Assembly (NCBI GenBank): GCA_965205425.1
Contig: CBDBGZ010000009.1
Span: forward strand, 224,001-288,000
Reading direction: 5' to 3'
Source of the DNA: Nitrosopumilus sp.
GTDB lineage: Archaea > Thermoproteota > Nitrososphaeria > Nitrososphaerales > Nitrosopumilaceae
DNA length: 64,000 nucleotides
The notes beneath the pieces are model-generated. The model was not told where the DNA came from and ran no database searches. It saw only the letters and a list, made by a program, of their open reading frames with translations. A program made the position numbers and the translations under genes. Within the stretch, counting starts at the first letter, position 1; each line of letters opens with the position of its first letter. Shown here piece by piece: positions 23,332 to 32,625 of the stretch.

Positions 23332-24655
23332 TGTGAATAAGAAGACAAGGAAATCAGATAGCATAAAAAATGAATCTAACAGTTCCAAAACTTGCAGTGT
23401 ACTCTCTCCAAAAAAGATTACAAACAAACAGATTAGGAAAAATCCAAAGAAAGGCATGTTTGTGGGCATTGATCTGCACAAAAAGTTTCTTCAAGTAGCA
23501 ATAATGGATGATACAGGCAAAGTATCACAAAACGACAAAGTGGATAACACTCATGAATCCATCAAAAAGTATTTTACAAAAATACCAATTTCTGCAAATA
23601 TTGTCATGGAATCCTCATCAGTCTGGTATGACACGTATCGATTTCTGACAGATACTTTGGGATACAAAAACGTCACACTCTCAAACCCATATTTGACAAA
23701 GGCAATTGCTGCATCAAAAAAGAAAACAGACAAGATTGATGCCAAGATATTGGCAGATCTTTTACGAGGAGGATACATTGCCAAATGCTATGTTCCAGAC
23801 AAAAAGATTGTACAACAAAGACAGCTTGTAAGATATAGGAAAAAACTAATCCAATGGAGAACATCTGTCAAGAATTCAGTTCATGGAATATTGTTACAAG
23901 AAGGAATCAAGATTCCAGGAGTTACATTCACTGAAACATACAACAGAAGACTCAAGGCACTAGGAGATTACAGAATAGACGGATTCTTGCAACAAATCAG
24001 CCACACCTTAATTTACAGATTGCAGAGATTAATTCCAAAGTGTATGCTGCTGTAAAAGTTAATCCTGATGCAATTTTAATAAACTCGATTCCAGGAATTG
24101 GGCATTATTCTTCGCTTGTCATTGCATCAGAGATTGCAGATATTGAAAGATTCAATGATTCTCACAAACTGTGTGCATATGCAGGAGTTGTACCATCAGT
24201 TAGAAACTCTGCAGATACAATACACCATGGCAGAATAACAAAACGAGGAAGCATGACATTGAGATGGGTTCTAACCGAGTGTATACACACTCATGCAATA
24301 CATGCCAAAGATAGTGACATTACAAAATTTTACAATCGCATTAAAAAGAAAAGAGGATCATCCAAAGCTGCAGTAGCTGGTGCATCAAAGATCCTGAGGG
24401 TGATTTATTGGATGTTAAAGGAGAGGAGAGAATTTGTACAAAATTATAGTTAGGACTGCAAGTCGCGTTGTAATTATTGAGGGACAAGGCCTCGTTTGAT
24501 AACTGCGAACAATCCTAACTAGGATGAAGATAGCATTGAGAGAATAGTCTCGTATGGATACATGTCTGCCATCTTTTGATTGAAACCATTCTCTAGCGAA
24601 AGCTATGCCCTGATGTATGGAAAGAGAGGAAATGTATAAAAACAATTCACATGGA
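23332..24655 (+). mobile_element. IS110-family variant B, frameshifted near 24000-24040
   Basis: VGIDLHK, MESS, KKTDKIDA then NSIPGIG in a second frame; ends TGTG...CACATGGA, TA core 24656-57. Confidence 0.93.
24445..24655 (+). ncRNA. Putative bridge/seek RNA of IS110 variant B
   Basis: AGTTAGGA/TCCTAACT stem; TTGTAATT (24468-75) complements the right flank AATTACAA; ATGGATA matches own end. Confidence 0.78.
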
Positions 24656-25019
24656 TAAATTACAAAAAGAGATTACAGAGCTAAAGAAGAAATTATCCTA
24701 CTATGAGAACCCAAACTCTCCACCATCATCTGATTCTCTCCACTGGAAAAAACAAAAGAAAGAACGAAAATCAACTCATCCAAACAAACCAGGACAAAAG
24801 CCAGGACATGATGGTAAAACTCACAGCTTCAAACCCACAAAAACAATTCATCATGATTCAAAGAAATGCTCAAACTGTGGCAGTAAAAAATAACTCAAAC
24901 TACACAACAAACTCGAATCATTGCAGAAATCCCAAAACCGCAACCAGTTACCATAACAAAACATGTTATTCCTTCTTACTTTTGCAACAATTGTGGAAAT
25001 ACAACAGTTACTGATTGCC

Positions 25020-26046
25020 GGGTGTGTCCTAAAAGTAGACAAATATAACAATTTTATTCAATTCTGTAACATATTGATCGCATGGAATCACAACAACTAT
25101 GCAAAACAAATCAAAAAGAGACTGGCAAGTATATGGCACATATCGCAAGGATGAGGAGATTCTATTCTTGGAAAAAGTAAAGAAGACAGTTTGGAGTATG
25201 GATACACCATGGGAACCAAAGACAGGCGGACGTCCTGCATTTCCAACAAAAGCAAAGATAATGTGTGCAATGCTAAAGGTAAAGTTTGGATTGGATTATC
25301 GTTCCATGGAGTCCCACTTGAGATCAAGGCCGGATCTGTTGGAAATAATGGAGCTCAAAAAAGCACCAAGCAAGACTGTCATTAATGACAGTCTAAAAAG
25401 AATTCCAATGCCTTATTTGAAAAAGGTAAACGCAAAACTCACAGAACCAATCAAAAAAAAGACATAGCTCCTGACAGTTCAGGATTTGGTACCAAAAGAT
25501 GTGAGGCTTGGTTTGACATCAAGACAAACACGCACAAATCCAAGAAATTATATCTAAAACTGCACATCCTAATTGCAATACAGTCCATGGCAATAGTATC
25601 TTTTGACATTACTAAAGGAACTCGTGGTGATGCACCAATTCTCAAAAAATTAATCAAAGACATTCCAAAGGGAATTGGTGATTTTTGTGCAGATCCTGCA
25701 TATTTGTCACGAGACATTTGCAATATGGTAGCTACTCTGCAAAAGATACCATACATCAAACCAAAGAAGAACACAGTTAGAAATCCCAAAGGCTCTGCAT
25801 CATGGAAAAAAAATGATAACATTATTCCAGGACAATCAAGATGAATTTGACAGACATTATCACAAGAGGTCACTTGTTGAATCAGTATTTGCAGTACTCA
25901 AAAGAATCTTTGGAAATAGCTTGTCATCAAAAAACAAGTTGGTTCAAAGAAAAGAGTTGGCGTTGCGTGTAATTTGTTACAACATACGAGTTGTTAATTT
26001 GATGGGGGTTACAAAACATGTTAGAGGATAGTTTTAGGACACACCC
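25020..26046 (+). mobile_element. IS5-like element type F, copy 1 (extra frameshift near 25810)
   Basis: TIR GGGTGTGTCCTAAAA; APDSSGF, ADPAY, YHKRSLVES; no target duplication. Confidence 0.92.
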
Positions 26047-26076
26047 TCTTTACGCAGAAGGGATATTAACGGTTCT

Positions 26077-26526
26077 TTGTTCGACATACCAATTAAAGAC
26101 CCTCACGTAGGACTTGTTGAAATTCTAAATAATCTACCAGTTAACGGAATGGAATATTTACCGAATCGAGTTATGGGATTCTTTGAAGTGTTGTTCCCCG
26201 ATTATGTTCCTGAAAATCTAAGAAATTTTTTGATAACTATAAAACAAGTAGAAAACAATCCATCATTATTACAATTCTCAAAACATGAAGCAGTAGATAC
26301 TAGTGCAAAATCCATAAAAATAGGACTGGAATCCAAAGGATCAAATGATGAATGGTTTGAAATTCTTAATTCAATAGGATGGATAAACACCGCTGGAAAA
26401 ACAACTCAAAACATCAATGAATTTACCAGTGGTCTAGTATTGCCAAAAGGACAATCACAACTAAGGGCAGTATTACAACTATTGGGGAATCTAAAAATAT
26501 CTGCTGATGTCGTATTGTCGAACTGA
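26077..26526 (+). CDS. Hypothetical protein, probably 5'-truncated by IS
   Basis: ORF track; begins right after the IS end. Confidence 0.5.
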   Translation: MFDIPIKDPHVGLVEILNNLPVNGMEYLPNRVMGFFEVLFPDYVPENLRNFLITIKQVENNPSLLQFSKHEAVDTSAKSIKIGLESKGSNDEWFEILNSIGWINTAGKTTQNINEFTSGLVLPKGQSQLRAVLQLLGNLKISADVVLSN

Positions 26527-26563
26527 TTTTATCCTCATATATCAGTTATAATCATACAATACT

Positions 26564-26701
26564 ATGACTATAGGATATTGTGTAAAGTGCAAATCAAAGA
26601 GAACTATGAAAGGTGCAACCAAAACAAAGATGAAGAACGGTAGACCTGCAACTAAAGGCAAGTGTACAAAATGCAATACTGGTATGTTTAGAATTGGTTA
26701 A
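26564..26701 (+). CDS. DUF5679-like basic zinc-ribbon protein (45 aa)
   Basis: Manual translation MTIGYCVKCKSKRTMKGATKTKMKNGRPATKGKCTKCNTGMFRIG. Confidence 0.8.
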   Translation: MTIGYCVKCKSKRTMKGATKTKMKNGRPATKGKCTKCNTGMFRIG

Positions 26702-26707
26702 GATAAA

Positions 26708-26986
26708 ATGAAAAAACTAAACAAAGAAAATATATCAAAAATAAAAAATGTTTCAGGATATTACAAAATTTTCAACAAAAATAGAAAATTGGAATATGTA
26801 GGGGTATCTAAAGTATTACGTCATAGGTTACAATCATACTATCAAAAAGACGATTTCACAGTAAATAAAACTAAAAGGTCTCTTAGACCACACGCAAAAA
26901 ATTTCACTGTAGCATATATGGGCATTAATCAGGCTAGAAGACTTGAAAAAGAAATGAAAAAAAACACGCCACATAATAAATTATGA
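26708..26986 (+). CDS. Stand-alone GIY-YIG nuclease domain protein
   Basis: SGYY..EYVGVSKVLRHRLQSY..LEKEM. Confidence 0.8.
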   Translation: MKKLNKENISKIKNVSGYYKIFNKNRKLEYVGVSKVLRHRLQSYYQKDDFTVNKTKRSLRPHAKNFTVAYMGINQARRLEKEMKKNTPHNKL

Positions 26987-26995
26987 GATGAAAAT

Positions 26996-27187
26996 TTGTC
27001 TGAATTCAAATCGTATCGAAAAAAACCAATAATCATAAGAGCAAAACAAATGAATGAACCATTTGAGGTCAAAACAATGGAAGGAACGATGAAAGGAAAA
27101 ACAGGTGATTATTTAGTAGTTGGAATCAAAAATGAAAAATATCCGATTGATAAAGATATTTTTGAAAAAACATATAATCCAATTTAA
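26996..27187 (+). CDS. Phage-like PGDYG-type small protein
   Basis: YRKKP...TMEG..GDYLV.GI.NEKYPI..DIFEKTY. Confidence 0.75.
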   Translation: MSEFKSYRKKPIIIRAKQMNEPFEVKTMEGTMKGKTGDYLVVGIKNEKYPIDKDIFEKTYNPI

Positions 27188-27523
27188 TTTTTCTAAAATT
27201 TAGGGATTAACTGAACAAATTAGGATGTTTTTATATCACATTAGTGGACTGGTAACAGATGGAAAATTCCACCAAGATCAGAATTAAAGATAATCCTTTG
27301 TTGAAATTGTTAAGTCGAATTGGTAAGTTGAGAATAGGTCGAGTTGGATTGACTGAAATTTTAATTATTCTTACTTTGATTTTCATTATAGGAAAACTAT
27401 TGTAAATTCTATATACCCAGCAAACGCATGGCGTTGTAATCCATTTTTCCAAGCCTCTTAGGATTTTCCCTTTTGAGCCTCTATATTTTGAAAATAATCT
27501 AAAAGTGTAAAGATAACCTACCT

Positions 27524-27811
27524 TTTACAAAAATAATTTCCAATATCGCTCTAGCAACACAGCATTCTCTTCACAATTCTTGGATTCTCTGTTTTTGTTA
27601 TGCAATTGTAATATACTGCAAGTTGATACACCAACACGCAAACCAATACAAATGATTTCACGTTGTCAAATCCTTTCACATGTACAGTTCTAATGTTGAA
27701 CGTATCTTTGAATATTTCAAATAAAGGTTCAATTGAAACTTTTCTTTGTGAGTACAACTCTTGACCAATTACAGAATTGTAAAACTCTACGAGTGTTATT
27801 CTCTCTGGTGG
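27524..27811 (-). mobile_element. Internal/3' fragment of IS type A
   Basis: Matches 8460-8635 and the type A transposase tail; TIR absent. Confidence 0.88.
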
Positions 27812-27923
27812 CAAAAAAATACGCAAAAAGTATAAGTGTTGATGGCCTTTTGTATTGGAATCTTTTTTATTAAAATCTATATTACTGTATAATGAATTCA
27901 AAATATTGCCAATCGAATCACTC

Positions 27924-28457
27924 ATGTTTTATTTTACTGGAGAAAATGCATTGACAAATCTAGCAGCAGTTGTAACTATTTTATCTCTTGGCATATCTTC
28001 AATTTTATATTTTGTTAAGAGATGGCATGACACTTCAACTGAAAAAAGAAGGGCTTCTAAAAATCTCTATACGGAACTCGATGATGCTTTGGACGGATTA
28101 GATGAAAAGATATACACCAATGATCTTAGAAAGATAAAACTTAACGATAAAGATTATGCGTATTTTATGAATCGCAGACTGAATCATGATTTTTATGATA
28201 GTTTAATTTTTTCAGGAAAAATAAACTTCCTAAAATCAGAACTACAACAGTCAGTACAGGATATATTTCAAATTATAAAGGATCATAATTTTTATCTTAA
28301 AAAAATCAGAGACATTGAAGATAATGCAAGAGTTGGAGATGATATATCTTCCATAACAAAACGATACTATGAACAGTTAGATAAAGATGAGAAATCTCTA
28401 CTAGAACGTATTCCAAAAATGAAAGAAAAACTCAAGAAAGAATTTAAGATAAAATAA
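27924..28457 (+). CDS. Hypothetical protein with N-terminal TM
   Basis: LAAVVTILSLGISSILYFV followed by a helical domain; start uncertain. Confidence 0.6.
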   Translation: MFYFTGENALTNLAAVVTILSLGISSILYFVKRWHDTSTEKRRASKNLYTELDDALDGLDEKIYTNDLRKIKLNDKDYAYFMNRRLNHDFYDSLIFSGKINFLKSELQQSVQDIFQIIKDHNFYLKKIRDIEDNARVGDDISSITKRYYEQLDKDEKSLLERIPKMKEKLKKEFKIK

Positions 28458-28631
28458 TTGATTATTTCTTCTTTGGTCTGGAATTTGCAGGCATTTCAGC
28501 ACTTGTAGTGCTAGATACTCCTTCTCTGCTACCTATGAACTCTTTACCATGTTCTTTGGTTCTAAGATGTTTTGGACTTTCATCAGTCATGATGTGATTA
28601 CTGTCTTGAATTATTTAAACTCTAACTAATA

Positions 28632-29775
28632 TGAGACATGGGCATAACTAATTCTAATTTTTGAGTCAATTCTCAAATTATTCAAATAGAAAAAGCTAAG
28701 GATCTTATCATGTTTTGTTCATTGTAATGTCAAAACAAATGAAAATCCCTAACAAGATTCTATCGGAATCATTTCTTATTGGTATGTTACATTTGGTGGG
28801 AATGTTGTCTTTGTATGAAGAGATACTGAAAACTTGGTAGACCGTACGTATACTCTACAATTCTAATGGTACAGCTGTCCATCATAAAATCTTGGATGAG
28901 AATTCCTAGTAACAATACATTACATTATTTCCTTTCAATCAAACCTTCCAATGACAAACTGCTCAAGGTTTGCAAATTAACTCAAATTCCAGACAGAAGA
29001 ACTATTGACAGACGATTTCAATTTCTACCCATTAGTGACATGATTAGTACCATGGGCAACAAATTCATCTCAGAGGGATTGGTGGAAAATGTTTCAGCAT
29101 CAGGGGATAGTTCAATGCTAAAAGCAGATGGTCCAGTATGGCACAAATCAGACATAAAGAACAATCGTCTACCAATCCCAGGAATTGATACTGATGCAAA
29201 ATGGGGTTTTTCAAAATCAAAGGGTTGGATATTTGGATACAAACTGCACATGAGTTGCAGTACTGGAAAACTGATAGTTCCATTGTCTGCTGATGTTTCA
29301 ACTGCAAATGTTTCTGATGGTAAAATGTATGAAACGTTAGTCAAACCACTTGCAGGACTAGTTGAAAATGTTCTATGTGATGTGCCATATGATGATAAAT
29401 CATTATATCAGTTTAGTGATGGGAGACATTTGAGATTGATTTGTCCTATCAAAATATATCCATCAACACCGCCAGAGCGAATCAAACTTGCAGATTTTTA
29501 TAATTCTGTACAAGGTCAAGAGTTGTACTCACAAAGAAAAGTCTCAATTGAACCTTTATTTGAAATATTCAAAGATACGTTCAACATTAGAACTGTACAT
29601 GTGAAAGGATTTGACAACGTGAAATCATTTGTATTGGTTTGTGTGTTGGTGTATCAACTTGTAGTATATTACAACTGTATAATTGGAGCAGAAAATCCAA
29701 GAACTGTAAAGAGAATGCTTTGCTGTTAGGAAATGACTGAGAGTTATTTTTGTAAATAATTATGCCCAAGTCTCA
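28632..29775 (+). mobile_element. IS type A (DDE_Tnp_1, IS4/IS5/IS982-like), full length
   Basis: TIR TGAGACWTGGGCATAA at both ends; DSSMLKA, FGYKLH, RKVSIE; frame broken near 28830-40. Confidence 0.88.
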
Positions 29776-30136
29776 GATATTTTGGTACAAGTTCCAAGTC
29801 ATTATGAGAATGAATATTTTTTTCAAAGTAATTCTCAGATGGACCCATTACAACATAGTGAGATAACACATTAAATGCCCCGTTTGATTTTATTGGTTCT
29901 GCCCTGAACCCTTGGCAGGTATCTGAACCCTTGAATTTGAAAACAAAATGGCTTGCATCTCCAGGGTACAATGAACCATCAGGATTGTTTCGGAATTGTC
30001 CTCCATATGAAATAGGAAATAGTTTTCCGTCAATACTAACACTGCATGGTTTTTCTAAACTCTGATGAGTTGCATATGCGGTAGTAACAACAATCGGAAT
30101 GAATAATAGTAAAAATAACAAGAGAATAATTTTCAC
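29776..30136 (-). pseudogene. Secreted protein N-terminus truncated by IS type A
   Basis: Signal peptide; ORF runs into the TIR (LRLGHNYLQK). Confidence 0.7.
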
Positions 30137-30187
30137 AGTTTCAAATGAAAATTAAGTGTAAAAAGGAAGAATTTAGAAAATAACCCA

Positions 30188-30349
30188 TCAAGATATTGAA
30201 ACTTTGCCTGATTTTTCTATGGTAAATGTTACAGTATCTGGAATGTTAAGGAATTGATCTAAAGGTTTTGGTAATGTCATCTTGACATCTTTTCCAACTC
30301 GGTTAACACTTACTGTAAATTTTGTTGCACCTTCTTTCCATTTTGGCAT
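30188..30349 (-). CDS. AbrB/SpoVT-like small DNA-binding protein (53 aa)
   Basis: Manual translation MPKWKEGATKFTVSVNRVGKDVKMTLPKPLDQFLNIPDTVTFTIEKSGKVSIS. Confidence 0.7.
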   Translation of the reverse strand: MPKWKEGATKFTVSVNRVGKDVKMTLPKPLDQFLNIPDTVTFTIEKSGKVSIS

Positions 30350-30375
30350 ACATAACAGTACAAATACTACTATTT

Positions 30376-30417
30376 ATATTCTACCTAATACATAACGTTA
30401 ACATATTCTACCTAATA
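30376..30417. promoter_or_regulatory. 15-bp direct repeat ATATTCTACCTAATA flanking palindrome TAACGTTA; candidate operator
   Basis: Copies at 30376-90 and 30403-17 between the divergent AbrB-like gene and tRNA. Confidence 0.5.
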
Positions 30418-30429
30418 ATTAATATTTGT

Positions 30430-30500
30430 GGGCCAGTAATTCGAAGGTCGAATCTCTAGTCGTCAACTAGAAGGCTCGGGTTCGATTCCCGACTGGTCCA
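30430..30500 (+). tRNA. Atypical tRNA-Asp(GTC)
   Basis: GGGCCAG/CTGGTCC acceptor, ATTC/GAAT D stem, TCTAG-TCGTCAA-CTAGA anticodon arm (C33), TCGGG-TTCGATT-CCCGA T arm. Confidence 0.8.
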
Positions 30501-30539
30501 CGTAATGTTTATTTAGAAATGATATGTAGAATAATTAGT

Positions 30540-30880
30540 TGACGACTAGATGTTAGTTCGCCTTTGAACTAGCCTTTTTTCTATTTTCTGAAAATTTTAG
30601 AGGGGTTTAACATCTAGGCATAATTTCAAAAAATCATTACACCATTGAGTTTTTGTGCGTAAGTAAATTTTGTGACAATATCGTATTGTGCCATCGGGCT
30701 GAAATGAGGTTTGATTGTTCCATTTACGAACAAAAGCTAAACCCGCCCTGAATTTTGGGAATTGTAAAAAATTCACATCATGCCTGATGTGAATACAATA
30801 ATTGAGGGGGTGAATATTTACGCATAAGTTTTTTCCAATTTTACATATTTGATAGGGGGTTTAGCTTTTAGGCACAAATT
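30540..30880 (+). ncRNA. Candidate structured non-coding RNA
   Basis: Several 7-14 bp helices, one crossing; G-U pairs favour the + strand; no ORF in the track. Confidence 0.5.
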
Positions 30881-30931
30881 TGGTCATTAACAAATTTTAT
30901 TAATTCATCATGTAATAATAAATTAGAAACA

Positions 30932-31019
30932 CGTCAGGAATGGGATTCGAACCCATGAAACCGATGTACTCAGCAAAGAGATTTTCAATCTCTCGGTATT
31001 ACCACTAACCGATCCTGAC
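30932..31019 (-). tRNA. Atypical type II tRNA: GAA anticodon, long variable arm, G73
   Basis: GTCAGGA/TCCTGAC acceptor, AGAGA-TTGAAAA-TCTCT, variable stem GCTGA/TCGGT, ATGGG-TTCGAAT-CCCAT; TTAAATA box ~25 nt upstream. Confidence 0.8.
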
Positions 31020-31267
31020 GAGTTTTCTTCTAAAAATTCCTATTTAAGAATTGGTTCTGATGTATTCAAGTGAATAAAATCTTAGAATATTCAACCTTTA
31101 AAAAATAGAAATTTGTATTATTATTACGGTTCCGTTGGTGTAATGCTGACTATGAGACTTGGAAACAAGAGCTCAGGGATCGACTTTATCTTTCAACATT
31201 TCAATATATGAAAAAATAACTAATATTGTAAAATTTCATAAAACCTCTATTTCTCATTATTCTCACA

Positions 31268-31434
31268 ATGGTCAGCCGTGACTTTGTAATTTTGGATTAT
31301 TCACACCAAAGAAAGTACAGAAATCATACATGTGCAAAATGCGGAGACTTATTTAGTATAGGTGATGCTGTCCATACTCAAAGAACAAAACGTTCTAAGA
31401 GAATATGTCACAAACAATGTTGGGAGTCAATGTA
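31268..31434 (+). pseudogene. Small zinc-finger protein cut by IS630 type D
   Basis: CAKCG...HKQC; last codons of the ORF come from the IS end. Confidence 0.55.
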
Positions 31435-32532
31435 TACCCCAGATCATAAGTCTTTTCAATTTATTGTTCTTGCAAAATACTGATACATATTCAAATTAAA
31501 TTTGTGGGTTCTAAAATATTCCATAACTGTATGTCTCATCTCATGAATAGATTCATAAAATTCTGATTCAACATTAACATGTTTGCACTGTCTCCAAATC
31601 TCTTCAATCATACTCAAATGTGGAGAACCTCTTGGAAGATATGCCAGTTTGACATCTTTGTTTTTACGCAGATATTCTTTTACATCATTAGCTTTGTGTT
31701 GCGGTGCTCTATCGACGATAACAAATATTTTCCCGAATTTTTTACGAGCTGCCTCCAAATAATCCATAAATGCAATTGAGTTAAATTTTTCATACGATCT
31801 AAAAAAACTTTGATTATCATCAGTCATCATTCCATAAACCAAAAATCTTTGGTGCGATCCTCTCCAACGTACAATCATTCGTTGGTGTACATCTGTCCAG
31901 TATTTTTTACCAAGACGTACATCGTCTACAAATACAGACTCGTCTTGGATGAATACTGTAAAACCTTTCTTTTTTGCCTTTTCTATGCGTGAAATGATGC
32001 GGTTTTTCCACTTGCGGCACACATCCTTGGATGCTGCTCGCACATGTAGTTTTTGTGGAACCTTTGGTTTTAGATTCCATTTGTGCATCAAACGACGCAC
32101 ATGAGTGATATGATATGTAATGCGTGTTCTGTAAAATATGAATTGTATCAGTTTTTTTTGGAGTCATGCCGTCTGAAATTTTCTTAAATGTACGCTCTAT
32201 TTTTTGTAATGCTTTATGTGAGATTAATGGCGGACGGCCAGAACGAGGGGGGGTCCTCCAGACCCTCCAATCCGTATTTTTCAAATGAATCAAGCCAATT
32301 CCTTACAGAATTGCATGTACAAAACATTTGGTTGGCAGTTTCAGCAATTGTGGATTCGTTGATTTTAATCTTACACATTGCATGCAGTCTTTCCTTTTTC
32401 TTACCGTACTTTTCTTTTTTGTAGGCCTGGAGTAACTCGTCATTTGTGATGTCCATGAAATTATTTCTAACTACTGATCAAAAAGTATTGCTATTTGTTT
32501 TGAAAAATTGCAAAGAATTATGCTCCGAGGTA
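31435..32532 (-). mobile_element. IS630-family type D, frameshifted
   Basis: Ends TACCTCGGAGCATAA / TTATGATCTGGGGTA flanked by TA; QDES, VDRAPQH, SMIEEIW. Confidence 0.93.
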
Positions 32533-32625
32533 TATGTCTGGATGAGTCAACAAACAAGATAGCTCCAAATATCAAAAAAGGCTGGTATCTAAAAGGAAAA
32601 AATACACAAACCAAAATCAACTATA
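32533..32625 (+). mobile_element. 93-bp internal remnant of IS630 type E
   Basis: Identical to 33278-33370; bounded by TA at both IS junctions. Confidence 0.9.

Larger units (their letters stand above)
21914..25019 (+). pseudogene. IS66-like transposase remnant, split by tandem IS110s and cut by IS type F
   Basis: Removing 22003-24657 gives in-frame LDGGDNHNHKLQKEITELKKKL..NSPPSSD..KPGQKPGH..CSNCG; left boundary uncertain. Confidence 0.7.

Noticed and set aside
23255..23332. N-terminal extension MGSSLAVAIL.. of IS110-B, and ORFs 15043, 23176, 39515, 39594
   Set aside because: They lie in the non-coding right end of the adjacent element and recur only because that end is repeated
31128..31190. 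Third tRNA gene
   Set aside because: tRNA-like 5' start (GGTTCCGTTGGTGTAATG) but no matching acceptor 3' strand or valid anticodon arm; at most a fragment
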